Below are positions 10,970-20,542 of a stretch of DNA of 64,000 nt, in pieces. The DNA is taken from positions 1,952,001 through 2,016,000 of the forward strand of contig CBDBCY010000004.1 in NCBI GenBank assembly GCA_965203555.1, read 5' to 3'. Position 1 is the first letter of the stretch, and every line of letters begins with the position of its first letter. The translations under genes and the position numbers were made by a program. Under the pieces are notes generated by a model that saw only the letters and a program-made list of their open reading frames with translations, did not search any database and had not been told where the DNA came from. Origin of the DNA: Acidimicrobiia bacterium (GTDB lineage: Bacteria; Actinomycetota; Acidimicrobiia; Spongiisociales; ZC4RG35).

Positions 10970-11266
10970 CAAACATAGGAGCATCAAACCCTCCGGCGCA
11001 CCGCCCACGGGTTCACCAACACACACAACTACGCTGCCCGAGCACTCCTCCTAACATGAACCCCACCACCTACCAGCCAGACCACAATCCCATAAATACG
11101 CGCAGTGCCCAAAAAGTGAACTTATGCAGACCATGGAGCACCATCCGCAAGACTGCCGTGGCTGCTCCGCTCTACTCAGTAGGGAGCGGCGCACAACTCG
11201 CAACCTCCACAACCTTGATAACACTTATCGCCCGACTACCGCATAGTCCATTGGCGAATGGCACAT

Positions 11267-11905
11267 CTACACCTCACGCGGCTCAGCAGCGCCTCGTTCC
11301 GGGAACAGGCCACGGAGCCGATCACCGACGGATATGATCCTGGCCTGTTCCTCGGCTTCTCGGCTGAGCTTGGACTGCTGAGGACCGAGGGGTGTGTCGT
11401 ATTTGGCACCGGCGGGATATGGCTGTGAAGTCTCCTTGTCGAGTTTCCAAAGCACGAGTTGGCAGATCCGACTACCGGTAATGAGCTTGAGGGGAACGGT
11501 TCCGCTGTTTACCAGTTCAAGGGTCAGCGCTCCTGTGAACCCCGGATGCACGGTCACCGCGGTGGCGACGAGGAGACCGTTGCGGGCCCACGAAGACCGG
11601 TTCAGGACTTGGCCTGCGAGATGGCGCGGTACTCGTAGGTACTCTAGCGTCGACCCCAACAGAAATTGGCCCGGGTGGATAATGAGTTGGTTGCCAAACG
11701 CGACGTTAAATCGCTGCTCGTCGTTGGCAGTGAACGGGTCAAGGACCCCTTGCTTTGTTCGTTGTACTTCCATGAACTCGGTGCCGAGGCGAAGATCGAT
11801 CGAGGCCGAGCCGATCTGTTTGGGATCAAGCATCGGGCACACGATTAGCCGCCGGTCCGCATCGTCATGATTGAGGACGGCGCGGATGGCGGTGTCAGAC
11901 AGCAT
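11267..11905 (-). CDS. dcd: dCTP deaminase (trimeric dUTPase-fold, Dcd family), variant
   Basis: MLSD, QIGSASIDLRLG, LGSTLE, RSSWARNG, HPGFTGALTLELVN, RICQL, PY..KY. Confidence 0.9.
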   Translation of the reverse strand: MLSDTAIRAVLNHDDADRRLIVCPMLDPKQIGSASIDLRLGTEFMEVQRTKQGVLDPFTANDEQRFNVAFGNQLIIHPGQFLLGSTLEYLRVPRHLAGQVLNRSSWARNGLLVATAVTVHPGFTGALTLELVNSGTVPLKLITGSRICQLVLWKLDKETSQPYPAGAKYDTPLGPQQSKLSREAEEQARIISVGDRLRGLFPERGAAEPREV

Positions 11906-13151
11906 CGTGATCGCTCCACAGGCGACGGATCTGGGCCATTTCGATGGCGCGTAACAGCACCCGGCTCAACTCGTAGTCGTTTGGTGCCTCAGCCAGTGTC
12001 TCCGGGGAGTCACCGTGAACCTTGAATGACCACTGCCACCCCAGCGTCAATATCTGCCAGGGTCCGATGGGCTCTTGGTCGACCTCGCTTGGCGGCACCC
12101 GCATGCGCAGTTGATCTAAGGCGCGTGGAGCGACCGCGGCGTGTGCCTCGGCGCTCATCGGCTCCGCGACATGGTGGGAGACGGTCGATTCGATCGCTGG
12201 CGCCAGTGCTTCACAGGCTTCTCGCAGGAACCGTTCTTGTTGCGATGTCGGCATGCGAGAAGCCTGTTGCCGGAGCCATCCGATGGTCTTAGGGCAGGTG
12301 TCCTCCATTAAGTCGCCCCACCCGGTGGACTCCAACGACGACAGGGACAAGTGGAGTCGGTAACTCGGGAAGGGATGGGTGCTTGTGGGATCGTCCGGCG
12401 CTGTAGCAGGAAGGAATGCGGCTCCGGCGAACAGATAGCTGGGTCCACAGAGCGATGTTGCCAAGCTGTCGCAGACCAACTCGTCAACCCAGCCCACGAG
12501 TTGGGTTTGCGCCTTGAAACGAGTCTCGGGATCTGCGTCGACGAGGTGTTTTGCGAGCAGGGCGTTGAGGTCGTCGCTGGCGACGCTCATCGCGGTGCTT
12601 CCCAGGTTTGCTTGAAGGATCGCGGTATGTCCGATCTCGTGGACGAGCAGTGGGGTCATGAGCGCGTTGAACGGACTCAGGACCGGCACGAAGAAGGCGA
12701 CGGGGGTTGGCTCACTTCCCTGTGGCCAACGAAGGAATTGGTACAGGTCAAGCGTCGCGTACATGTGGGCATCAATGAGATGAACTACAGGATCCGCGCC
12801 TGCGGGCAGCAAAGCGGCAATAGCCGAGTCGAGCGCTACCAGCATGCCGATCGGTACGTCATCTCTGCGAGCGCTTTCTATCAGCGGTCGTAGAAACGGC
12901 AGAATCGTCTCCACTTCTGTCAATGTCCGGCGCAGTGTCCGCTCCGCGTAGCGCAGTACGCTGGCGTTGTAGCCAGCCTCAAGCTTGGCGTCAATGTCGG
13001 CGAGCGTTTCTTCCGCTTGCTCGATCACTCGGCGGTGCAGGTCAAAGAGCCTGGCGCCGCGGCCGGTGTGGCTTGTTGGTTGCCCTCGACGTGCGCTGTC
13101 GATGTGGCCGGAGATCAGGCTTCGGATGAACTCAAGGCCTCGCTCATCCAT
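11895..13151 (-). CDS. Uncharacterised gluzincin (M48-like) zinc metalloprotease, 418 aa
   Basis: LLVHEIGH, downstream WVDELVCD...GPSY, and STHP; overlaps both neighbours. Confidence 0.75.
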   Translation of the reverse strand: MDERGLEFIRSLISGHIDSARRGQPTSHTGRGARLFDLHRRVIEQAEETLADIDAKLEAGYNASVLRYAERTLRRTLTEVETILPFLRPLIESARRDDVPIGMLVALDSAIAALLPAGADPVVHLIDAHMYATLDLYQFLRWPQGSEPTPVAFFVPVLSPFNALMTPLLVHEIGHTAILQANLGSTAMSVASDDLNALLAKHLVDADPETRFKAQTQLVGWVDELVCDSLATSLCGPSYLFAGAAFLPATAPDDPTSTHPFPSYRLHLSLSSLESTGWGDLMEDTCPKTIGWLRQQASRMPTSQQERFLREACEALAPAIESTVSHHVAEPMSAEAHAAVAPRALDQLRMRVPPSEVDQEPIGPWQILTLGWQWSFKVHGDSPETLAEAPNDYELSRVLLRAIEMAQIRRLWSDHDAV

Positions 13152-13600
13152 CTTTGCCTCCGTTCGGGACGACGTCGAGCTATCGATGCCGCGCTTTCGA
13201 GGGTAACCGCGCCCAAGCCATCAAGAAACCCAACGACGCTGTGAATCTGTTCGGATGTTCCCAATCCCTCCGCGATCGAATCCATCGAGTCGATCAACTG
13301 ATCAACGAACGCGTTGACATCGACCCGGTCCTTCGTTCGCGACACAAATCCGAACGTCTCCTCCAGAATCGAGATGGGACCCATAGCCCGTAGGGCCACG
13401 AGAGGCGGCACAGTTGTCCCTGCAAAGCTCTGCAACTGCACGAGTAATGCTCTGGCGTCTTGAAGTGCCTTGAGGTCGTCACCGTCGAGCGCCCCCGTCT
13501 CGGACCGGTGCACCGCGAGCTCCGCTCGATCGGCCAGCCGTCCTAGCCCCGTCAGGATCGCGACCCTTTCTATGCCAGAGATTCTTTCACGAATGTTCAT
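13115..13600 (-). CDS. Hypothetical, probably all-helical protein, 161 aa
   Basis: RBS GGGGAG before ATG; 12 nt downstream of the XRE gene and overlapping the next gene; no recognisable motif. Confidence 0.7.
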   Translation of the reverse strand: MNIRERISGIERVAILTGLGRLADRAELAVHRSETGALDGDDLKALQDARALLVQLQSFAGTTVPPLVALRAMGPISILEETFGFVSRTKDRVDVNAFVDQLIDSMDSIAEGLGTSEQIHSVVGFLDGLGAVTLESAASIARRRPERRQRWMSEALSSSEA

Positions 13601-13612
13601 GGTTCTCCCCTG

Positions 13613-14005
13613 TTAGCGGACTGTGCGCTTGATGGTTTCATAGATGTGAGCCCAATCACCGGGTTCTGCTGGTTGTTTACCGCGATAGTGAATCCCCGCC
13701 AGCATCTCGACGTCAGTCTCGGGAATCTTGGCGCTGCGGGCAAAAGCCCGCAGCGACGTGGGCAGCTCATCGGATTCGTTAGGTTGCCAGGTTTCAGAGG
13801 TGCCCGTGAGATCAGCTATCGAGGTGCCTAGCGCCGTGGCCAAGCGACGCAACACCTCATGGCTCGGCGTTGTCGAGGCACCGTGTTCGAGTTGAGAAAG
13901 GTATGCCTTTGATATCCGGGCGCGGCTCGCGACCTCTGTAAGCGAGACCGACTGCTCAGCACGCATATCGCGGAGCCGGTCTGCCAGGGAGCCACCCGTC
14001 GCCAT
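13613..14005 (-). CDS. XRE-family HTH transcriptional regulator (CapH/ImmR-like), 130 aa
   Basis: LADRLRDMRAEQSVSLTEVASRARISKAYLSQLEHG..PSHEVLRRLATALG; C-terminal domain MLAGIHYRGKQP...WAHIYETIK. Confidence 0.9.
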   Translation of the reverse strand: MATGGSLADRLRDMRAEQSVSLTEVASRARISKAYLSQLEHGASTTPSHEVLRRLATALGTSIADLTGTSETWQPNESDELPTSLRAFARSAKIPETDVEMLAGIHYRGKQPAEPGDWAHIYETIKRTVR

Positions 14006-14026
14006 ACGGTTACTATAGTCTCTGGA

Positions 14027-14040
14027 TTCGTAATCACGAA
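14027..14040. promoter_or_regulatory. Candidate operator palindrome upstream of the XRE gene
   Basis: TTCGT-AATC-ACGAA inverted repeat, 21 nt upstream of the XRE start codon. Confidence 0.55.
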
Positions 14041-14212
14041 CATTATTGCGCGCGATATCTGACATGGTGGTCCAGATACTTGCTACTGCTTCGGCCCTGA
14101 TCGCCTTCTCGCTGGAGGAACGAATTAATCCCCGGCTGTAGCCCGATGCCCCTGATCGGGACCGCTTGGTATTCTTCCGGCCAGACAGGCCCAACCGAGA
14201 AAGGCAACTGGC

Positions 14213-14842
14213 ATGAGCAGATGGGAACATCGAATCGAGGGAGCACATCTGATAAAGCTGCTGCTGGGACCCTTCGAGAACAACGTCTACATTGTGAGTT
14301 GTACCAACACCAAAAAGGCGGTCATCGTGGACGCGGCCGCCGAGCCCGACGTCATTGTGGACGCGGTCGGAGACTACGACGTGCAGGCCATCCTCACCAC
14401 CCATGGTCACATGGACCATCTCCAGGCCGTGGACCGGGTGAGCGACAAGCTTGACATCCCCTTTCTCCTGAACCCCGACGACATCTTCCTGCTCGAAGAG
14501 TCCGGCATCGAAAAGACATCCCCCGACGGCTTGATCGAGGATGGGCAGGAAATCGAGGTGGGAGACCTTCTCCTTCACGCCATCCATACCCCCGGACACA
14601 CTCCCGGATCGACCTCGCTCGTACTGGAACCGTGGCTGTTCAGCGGAGATACCCTTTTTCCGGGCGGTCCGGGCGCCACACAATGGGACTACGCGTCCTT
14701 CGGCCAGGTCATGGACTCGGTGGAGGCGCTAATAGCCAAGTTTCCCGACCCGACCCTGGTCTTCCCCGGACATGGCGCCAACGACACCACCGTCGGCGCC
14801 GAAAAGCCGCATACCGGAGAGTGGCGAGCCCGGGGCTGGTAA
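14213..14842 (+). CDS. MBL-fold metallo-hydrolase (glyoxalase II-like)
   Basis: THGHMDH, HTPGHTPGS, FSGDTLF, FPGHG. Confidence 0.92.
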   Translation: MSRWEHRIEGAHLIKLLLGPFENNVYIVSCTNTKKAVIVDAAAEPDVIVDAVGDYDVQAILTTHGHMDHLQAVDRVSDKLDIPFLLNPDDIFLLEESGIEKTSPDGLIEDGQEIEVGDLLLHAIHTPGHTPGSTSLVLEPWLFSGDTLFPGGPGATQWDYASFGQVMDSVEALIAKFPDPTLVFPGHGANDTTVGAEKPHTGEWRARGW

Positions 14843-15259
14843 CCGAAACCTTCAAAAATCGGGGTGCATGACTTGTTTTTGTCTCAGGCGTGTTGCATGT
14901 TGATATAGACAAACATGTATGCGCGGTCCGGATCGCCCTCATCAGATCGGTCGCGCTCCAAGGAGAGTGACGCTGGCTTGACAGTTTCTCTCCAGGGGCG
15001 GACTGTCTAGCCGAAAACTGATTTGCTTCGGGTTCAGGCAGGCCTGCGCCTGTCCGAATTCTGTCACGGTCAGGAGGCGGCGGGTCGGGAGGGAAACCCA
15101 TCAGAGGGGCGACGAAGGTCAAAAGTGGCAAAATCGGACGCGTTGGTCTGCCGGCAGGAGATGACAGAAAGGGGAGCGTCGACGGCGGGCAGGAGAGCCG
15201 GTTACAAGTGAGGCTGTTTCATTTTCTCCTCTTGGGCAGGTTTCTGTTCGTGTTTGCGG

Positions 15260-15683
15260 ACCCGTCGCCGCCAATTTGTCCGGAGACTGGGTCCGGGCGT
15301 CGTCGAGCAGTTCCTTTACGGTTGCACACTTGTTGGCGCCGGCCATGATCCGCGCGTTGTAATAGGAGATCTCTCCTTCTCGCAAACCTTCAGACGTCTC
15401 CGGCAAATCCGCCGGTTCTCCGGCGGTCTCCACCTCCGGACGCGCCCGTCTTCGTGATAACGGTCCTTCTTCTTGCAAACGCGGTCTCGGTGCGTTCGGT
15501 TCCCCGGCGGCGCCGCAACTCGGCCAGAGCGTCGGCTCGGACCGCCGCTGCCTGGGTCTGGGCTCTGATAGTGGACTGCACCCGTTGTTTCAGTTCTTCC
15601 GCCGACACTTGTGCGGCCGGCAAGGTGGGAGGCGCCAACCTTGCCAGGTTGGCGGACCGCCGGTTCTTGGCTACTTGTTTCAT
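15260..15683 (-). pseudogene. Frameshifted N-terminal remnant resembling DUF222 / 13E12-repeat HNH proteins
   Basis: AAVRADALAELRRRRG...(frameshift)...ARPEVETAGEPADLPETSEGLREGEISYYNARIMA resembles DUF222; no HNH domain follows. Boundaries approximate. Confidence 0.55.
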
Positions 15684-15936
15684 GCATACCAGTATGCCCA
15701 CCAGGTGTGACAAAACCGTGCGATCTCTCATCACAGGATGCCAACAAAACGTCTTGTCGTGCCGCAGTGTCATTTTGGAATTACCTGCGGATCAACCAAT
15801 ACCAGATGTCCCGCTACCGTTTGACCACGGTTCTCATAACCCTGGCAACATCGAGGAACTTGCAGCATCATCCAACACTGCACCTGCTGTATGTTGTGTC
15901 GACCCAGGGCGATCGCAGTCCGCCCCGGGCACTGGG

Positions 15937-17025
15937 TCAGTCGAAGACCACCACCGACCGCAGCACCTCGCCCCGCTCCATGCGGTGAAAGGCTTCCTCG
16001 ACTTCTCCCACGCCGATTGTCTCGCTCACGAAACCGTCCAGGTCCAAGCGTCCCTGCAGATAGAGATCGATCAGCATCGGGAAGTCCCTCTCCGGAAGGC
16101 AGTCGCCGTACCAAGAGGACTTCAACGCCCCGCCGCGGCCGAAAACCTCGATGAAAGGCAGTTCGATCTTCATGTCCGGCGTCGGAACCCCGACCAGCAC
16201 CACCACCCCGGCCAGATCCCGGGCATAGAAAGCCTGCTCGTAAGTCTCGGGCAGTCCGATCGCCTCGACCACCACGTCCGCTCCGTTGCCTCCGGTGATC
16301 TCCCGGATGCGTTCCACGGGATCCTCACGCAGGGAGTTGACGGTGTGGGTGGCGCCGAAGCCCTCGGCCCATTCCAGCTTGCGGTCGTCGATGTCCACTC
16401 CGATAATGGTTGCGGCGCCGGCCATGCGGGACCCGACGATCGAGCCGGACCCGACCCCCCCGCAACCGATCACCGCCACCGAGTCGCCCCGGCCCACTCC
16501 CCCCGTGTTGATCGCCGCCCCGATTCCCGCCATCACTCCGCAACCCAGCAGGCCGGCCGCTTCGGGTCGCGCCCGGCTGTCCACCTTGGTGGCCTGCCCG
16601 GCCGCCACCAGGGTCAACTCTGCGAAGGCGCCGATGCCCAGTGCCGGCGATAGCGCCGTCCCGTCGGCCAGGGTCATTTTCTGCGTCGCGTTGTGGGTTG
16701 CGAAGCAATACCAGGGTCGACCCCTGTCGCATGCCCGACAATCGCCGCAGATCGCCCGCCAGTTCAGGATCACGAAGTCCCCAGGGGAGATCTTGGTAAC
16801 GTCCGGCCCCACCGATTCCACTATCCCGGCCGCCTCATGACCCAGGAAGAATGGGTAATCGTTGTTTATTCCACCCTCCCGATAATGCAGATCGGTGTGG
16901 CACACTCCACAAGCCTTCACCGCCACTCGAGCCTCCCCCGGCCCGGGATCGGGAACCATCACTGTTTCCAGGGAAACCGGGGCCCCCTTTTCGAGGGAAA
17001 TCACTCCCTGCACCTCTGCCGCCAT
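15937..17025 (-). CDS. mscR: S-(hydroxymethyl)mycothiol dehydrogenase (Zn-ADH)
   Basis: [56 protein letters not shown]; GGAGG RBS. Confidence 0.9.
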   Translation of the reverse strand: MAAEVQGVISLEKGAPVSLETVMVPDPGPGEARVAVKACGVCHTDLHYREGGINNDYPFFLGHEAAGIVESVGPDVTKISPGDFVILNWRAICGDCRACDRGRPWYCFATHNATQKMTLADGTALSPALGIGAFAELTLVAAGQATKVDSRARPEAAGLLGCGVMAGIGAAINTGGVGRGDSVAVIGCGGVGSGSIVGSRMAGAATIIGVDIDDRKLEWAEGFGATHTVNSLREDPVERIREITGGNGADVVVEAIGLPETYEQAFYARDLAGVVVLVGVPTPDMKIELPFIEVFGRGGALKSSWYGDCLPERDFPMLIDLYLQGRLDLDGFVSETIGVGEVEEAFHRMERGEVLRSVVVFD

Positions 17026-17185
17026 TGTGCTGACCTCCGTTGTTGCTCCGTTCTCAAGACTAGCCCGCCGACTCCCACCGGCCCTCGTCTGGAACGGTCG
17101 GTTTCGCCAACCTATTCGACTTCCCCCTACTGCCCCTTTTTGTATCCTTGAAACCATCGGAAGATCGGAGTTTGGGCAGGAAGAC

Positions 17186-20100
17186 ATGACCAATCGAACA
17201 CATGACGGTCCGACTTTCCCGGTGCGGTTCGTAACCGCCACCACGCTCTTTGACGGGCACGACGCCTCCATCAACGTGTTCCGGCGGATACTGATTGCCT
17301 GCGGCGCCGAGGTGATTCATCTCGGTCATAACCGGTCCGCCACCGACATCGTGGACACCGCCGTCCAGGAGGATGCCCAGGCCATTGCGGTTACCTGCTA
17401 CCAGGGCGGCCACATGGAGTTCTTCCGTTTCCTCCATCAATTGGCGGCAGAGCGAAGCGGCGGAAGGATCCGCATTTTCGGGGGAGGGGGAGGAACCATC
17501 CTACCCGAGGAGGGTCGCGAACTGCAGGCGGGGGGGATCACCCGGATCTACTCGCCCGACGACGGGCGCACCATGGGACTCCAGGGAATGGTGGAGGACA
17601 TGATCCGCCGGGCCGATTTTCCCACCGGGGAACTTGACCAATTCGATGTCGACCAACTCTCTGTGTCAGATCACCGGATGCTGGCCGGACTGATCTCGGC
17701 CGCCGAGAATTATGCAGACAAATACGCCGACGTCTTCGAGGAACTGGAAGCGGCGGCGCACAGCCGCCCCAATCCTCCGGTTCTGGGGATAACCGGAACC
17801 GGAGGGTCCGGCAAGTCCTCGCTGGTGGACGAAATGCTCCGCAGATACCTGGCGGACCTTGGAGACCACCGGGTGGCGGTCCTTTCGGTGGACCCTTCCC
17901 AGCGGCGCACGGGAGGAGCGCTCCTGGGAGACCGCATCCGGATGAATTCCATACCCCACCCCCGGGTCTACATGCGCTCGATGGCCACCAGGCAAAGCGC
18001 CGGCGCCCTACCCGACGCGGCACGCACCGCCCTTTCCATCTTCGGGGCCGCCGGATTCGACCTGATCGTCCTCGAAACATCAGGCATCGGGCAGGCCGAC
18101 ACCAGCGTGGTGGATCTCTGCGACCATTCACTGTACGTGATGACTCCCGAGTACGGAGCGCCTTCACAGCTGGAAAAGATCGGCATGCTCGACTACGCCG
18201 ATCTGGTGGCGGTGAACAAGGGGGACAAGCAGGGCGCGGAGGATGCTTTGCGGGATGTGCGCCGCCAGGTCAGACGAAACCGTCTCGCCTTCCTCGATCC
18301 CGATCCCATTCAGGACGTGTATCTGACCGTGGCCTCCGACTTCAACGATCCGGGGACCGACAGTCTCTATCGGGCGTTGGTGGCCGCACTGGGGCGAGAG
18401 AGACCATCTTCTCCCCAAACGAGGCCCGCCAACAGCCGACAGGTAGTGATCCCGCCGGAACGTTCCGGCTATCTGGCGCAAATATCCGACACTGTCCACC
18501 AGTACAATCGGGCTGCGGCCGAACAGGCCGAAACAGCCCGCCGGCTGTACCGACTGGAAGGCGCCCGGCGCGCGTTGGAAGAGACGGACCAGGCCGAAGG
18601 CGCATTCGGGGACCTCGCCGCAGCCATCAGCATCAGCGCCGCAGAATTGACGGCCGAAAACCGGGAGGCGCTGGACAACTGGGATGACATGGCGGCCGCC
18701 TACCGCGCCGGTCAATACTCGTACAAGGTGCGAGGGCGCGACATAACAGTTCCTCTGTCGTCTCAGAGCCTCAGTGGAACGCGAGTGCCCAAAGTCGCCC
18801 TGCCCCGGTATCGAGACTGGGGGGACCGGCTGCGATGGCTGCTGCAAGAAAACCTCCCCGGCCGCTTCCCGTACACAGCCGGCGTCTACCCGTTCAAGCG
18901 CACCTCCGAGGACCCCACCCGGATGTTCGCGGGAGAAGGGCCCCCCGAGCAGACCAATCGGCGGTTCCACTATCTGGCCCGGGGCACTCACATGCGGAGG
19001 CTCTCGACTGCATTCGACTCGGTGACCCTCTACGGGGAGGACCCCGGCGAACGGCCCGACATCTACGGCAAGGTAGGCAATTCGGGCGTCTCCGTTTCCA
19101 CTCTTGACGATATCAAGCGTCTCTACTCCGGCTTCGACCTGTGCGATCCCTCCACCTCGGTCTCGATGACCATCAACGGGCCTGCCCCCATGATTCTGGC
19201 TTTGTTCATGAACGCCGCCATAGACCAGCAGTGTGAGTTGTACATCCGCCGCCACGGACGGACCCGCCGGATTGAGGAACAGATCGCGGCAATGTACTCC
19301 GGTCGACGGCGTCCCAGGTACCGCCAGGCCCTGCCGGAGGGAAACGACGGGTTGGGACTGCTTCTGCTGGGAACGTCCGGAGATCAAGTGCTACCCCCCG
19401 ACGTCTATCACAAGATCCGGGCGGAGACGCTCTCTCGGGTGAGAGGCACGGTCCAGGCGGACATCCTCAAAGAGGACCAGGCTCAGAACACCTGTATCTT
19501 CTCGATCGACTTTGCCCTGAAGATGATGGGAGACATCCAGCAGTTCTTCGTCGACAACCGGGTTCGCAACTTCTATTCGGTATCAGTCTCCGGGTATCAC
19601 ATGGCCGAAGCAGGGGCCAATCCCATCACCCAACTGGCCTTCACCCTGGCCAACGGCTTCACCTATGTGGAGCATTACCTGTCCCGGGGGATGGACATCG
19701 ATGACTTCGCCCCCAATCTCTCCTTCTTCTTTTCCAACGGCCTGGACCCCGAGTACGCGGTGATCGGAAGGGTGGCCCGTCGCATCTGGGCGAAGGTGCT
19801 GCGCAACCGGTACGGGGCGAATGCTCGCTCGCAGATGCTCAAGTATCACATCCAGACCTCCGGACGGTCCCTGCATGCCCAGGAGGTTGAATTCAACGAC
19901 ATTCGCACCACTTTGCAGGCGCTGAATGCGGTCTACGACAACTGCAATTCGCTGCATACCAACGCCTATGACGAGGCGCTGACCACTCCCACCGAGGAGT
20001 CGGTCCGGCGAGCAGTGGCCATCCAGTTGATCGTCAACCGGGAACTGGGCCTCACCAAGAATGAAAACCCTCTGCAGGGATCATTCATCATCGAAGAACT

Positions 20101-20542
20101 CACCGACCTCGTGGAAGAGGCGGTGTTGGCTGAATTCTCGCGGTTGAGCCGCAGCGGCGGGGTACTGGGCGCCATGGAACGGCAGTACCAGCGTTCCAAG
20201 ATCCAAGAGGAATCCCTCTACTACGAACGGGTCAAGGAATCGGGAGATCACCCCCTCATCGGGGTCAATACATTCCTGTCCGAGTCCGGTTCCCCATTCA
20301 TGACGCCCGACCGGTTGGTCCGCTCGACCGACGAGGAGAAGGCCCGCCGCATTCGGGAAGTGACCGACTTCCGATCGGTCCACTCCGAGCGCGCCCGACC
20401 GGCCCTGGACTCGCTTGCATCGGCGGCCAGAGCAGGTGGCAACGTTTTCGCCGACCTGATGGAGACCGCCAAAGCGGCGAGCCTGGGGCAGATGGTCAAC
20501 ACCCTCTATGACGTCGGCGGGCGCTACCGGCGCAACATGTGA
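17186..20542 (+). CDS. icmF: Fused isobutyryl-CoA mutase / MeaI GTPase (B12-dependent)
   Basis: B12-binding [11 protein letters not shown]-loop [20 protein letters not shown], mutase domain [41 protein letters not shown]. Confidence 0.95.
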   Translation: MTNRTHDGPTFPVRFVTATTLFDGHDASINVFRRILIACGAEVIHLGHNRSATDIVDTAVQEDAQAIAVTCYQGGHMEFFRFLHQLAAERSGGRIRIFGGGGGTILPEEGRELQAGGITRIYSPDDGRTMGLQGMVEDMIRRADFPTGELDQFDVDQLSVSDHRMLAGLISAAENYADKYADVFEELEAAAHSRPNPPVLGITGTGGSGKSSLVDEMLRRYLADLGDHRVAVLSVDPSQRRTGGALLGDRIRMNSIPHPRVYMRSMATRQSAGALPDAARTALSIFGAAGFDLIVLETSGIGQADTSVVDLCDHSLYVMTPEYGAPSQLEKIGMLDYADLVAVNKGDKQGAEDALRDVRRQVRRNRLAFLDPDPIQDVYLTVASDFNDPGTDSLYRALVAALGRERPSSPQTRPANSRQVVIPPERSGYLAQISDTVHQYNRAAAEQAETARRLYRLEGARRALEETDQAEGAFGDLAAAISISAAELTAENREALDNWDDMAAAYRAGQYSYKVRGRDITVPLSSQSLSGTRVPKVALPRYRDWGDRLRWLLQENLPGRFPYTAGVYPFKRTSEDPTRMFAGEGPPEQTNRRFHYLARGTHMRRLSTAFDSVTLYGEDPGERPDIYGKVGNSGVSVSTLDDIKRLYSGFDLCDPSTSVSMTINGPAPMILALFMNAAIDQQCELYIRRHGRTRRIEEQIAAMYSGRRRPRYRQALPEGNDGLGLLLLGTSGDQVLPPDVYHKIRAETLSRVRGTVQADILKEDQAQNTCIFSIDFALKMMGDIQQFFVDNRVRNFYSVSVSGYHMAEAGANPITQLAFTLANGFTYVEHYLSRGMDIDDFAPNLSFFFSNGLDPEYAVIGRVARRIWAKVLRNRYGANARSQMLKYHIQTSGRSLHAQEVEFNDIRTTLQALNAVYDNCNSLHTNAYDEALTTPTEESVRRAVAIQLIVNRELGLTKNENPLQGSFIIEELTDLVEEAVLAEFSRLSRSGGVLGAMERQYQRSKIQEESLYYERVKESGDHPLIGVNTFLSESGSPFMTPDRLVRSTDEEKARRIREVTDFRSVHSERARPALDSLASAARAGGNVFADLMETAKAASLGQMVNTLYDVGGRYRRNM

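Larger units (their letters stand above)
9524..10986 (+). mobile_element. IS110-family element with duplicated CA core
   Basis: Left junction ctcatc-CA-ctcatac (CA 9524-9525), right junction ggagcat-CA-aacc (CA 10985-10986). Removing the element restores the ISL3 reading frame CTC ATC CAA ACC CTC. Confidence 0.92.
8497..11059 (+). pseudogene. ISL3 transposase, frameshifted and split by IS110
   Basis: Fragments in three frames: zinc finger CPYCG...RRYVCDGC, LLIDETS, VVSD, VLDRFH, SNGPLEGINNLI. The C-terminus QTLRRTAHGFTNTHNYAARALLLT* resumes at 10985-11059. Confidence 0.9.
8389..11111 (+). mobile_element. ISL3-family insertion sequence (decayed, interrupted by IS110)
   Basis: Imperfect terminal IRs: CTGCGCGTTTTTGTGGG (8391-8407) vs reverse complement of 11089-11105, 15/17 identical. 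8-bp direct repeat AAAAGTGA at 8381-8388 and 11112-11119. Exact ends uncertain by 1-3 nt. Confidence 0.85.

Noticed and set aside
14006-14683. Long 356-aa version of the XRE ORF
   Set aside because: The extension is antisense to the MBL hydrolase; the HTH protein starts at 14005.
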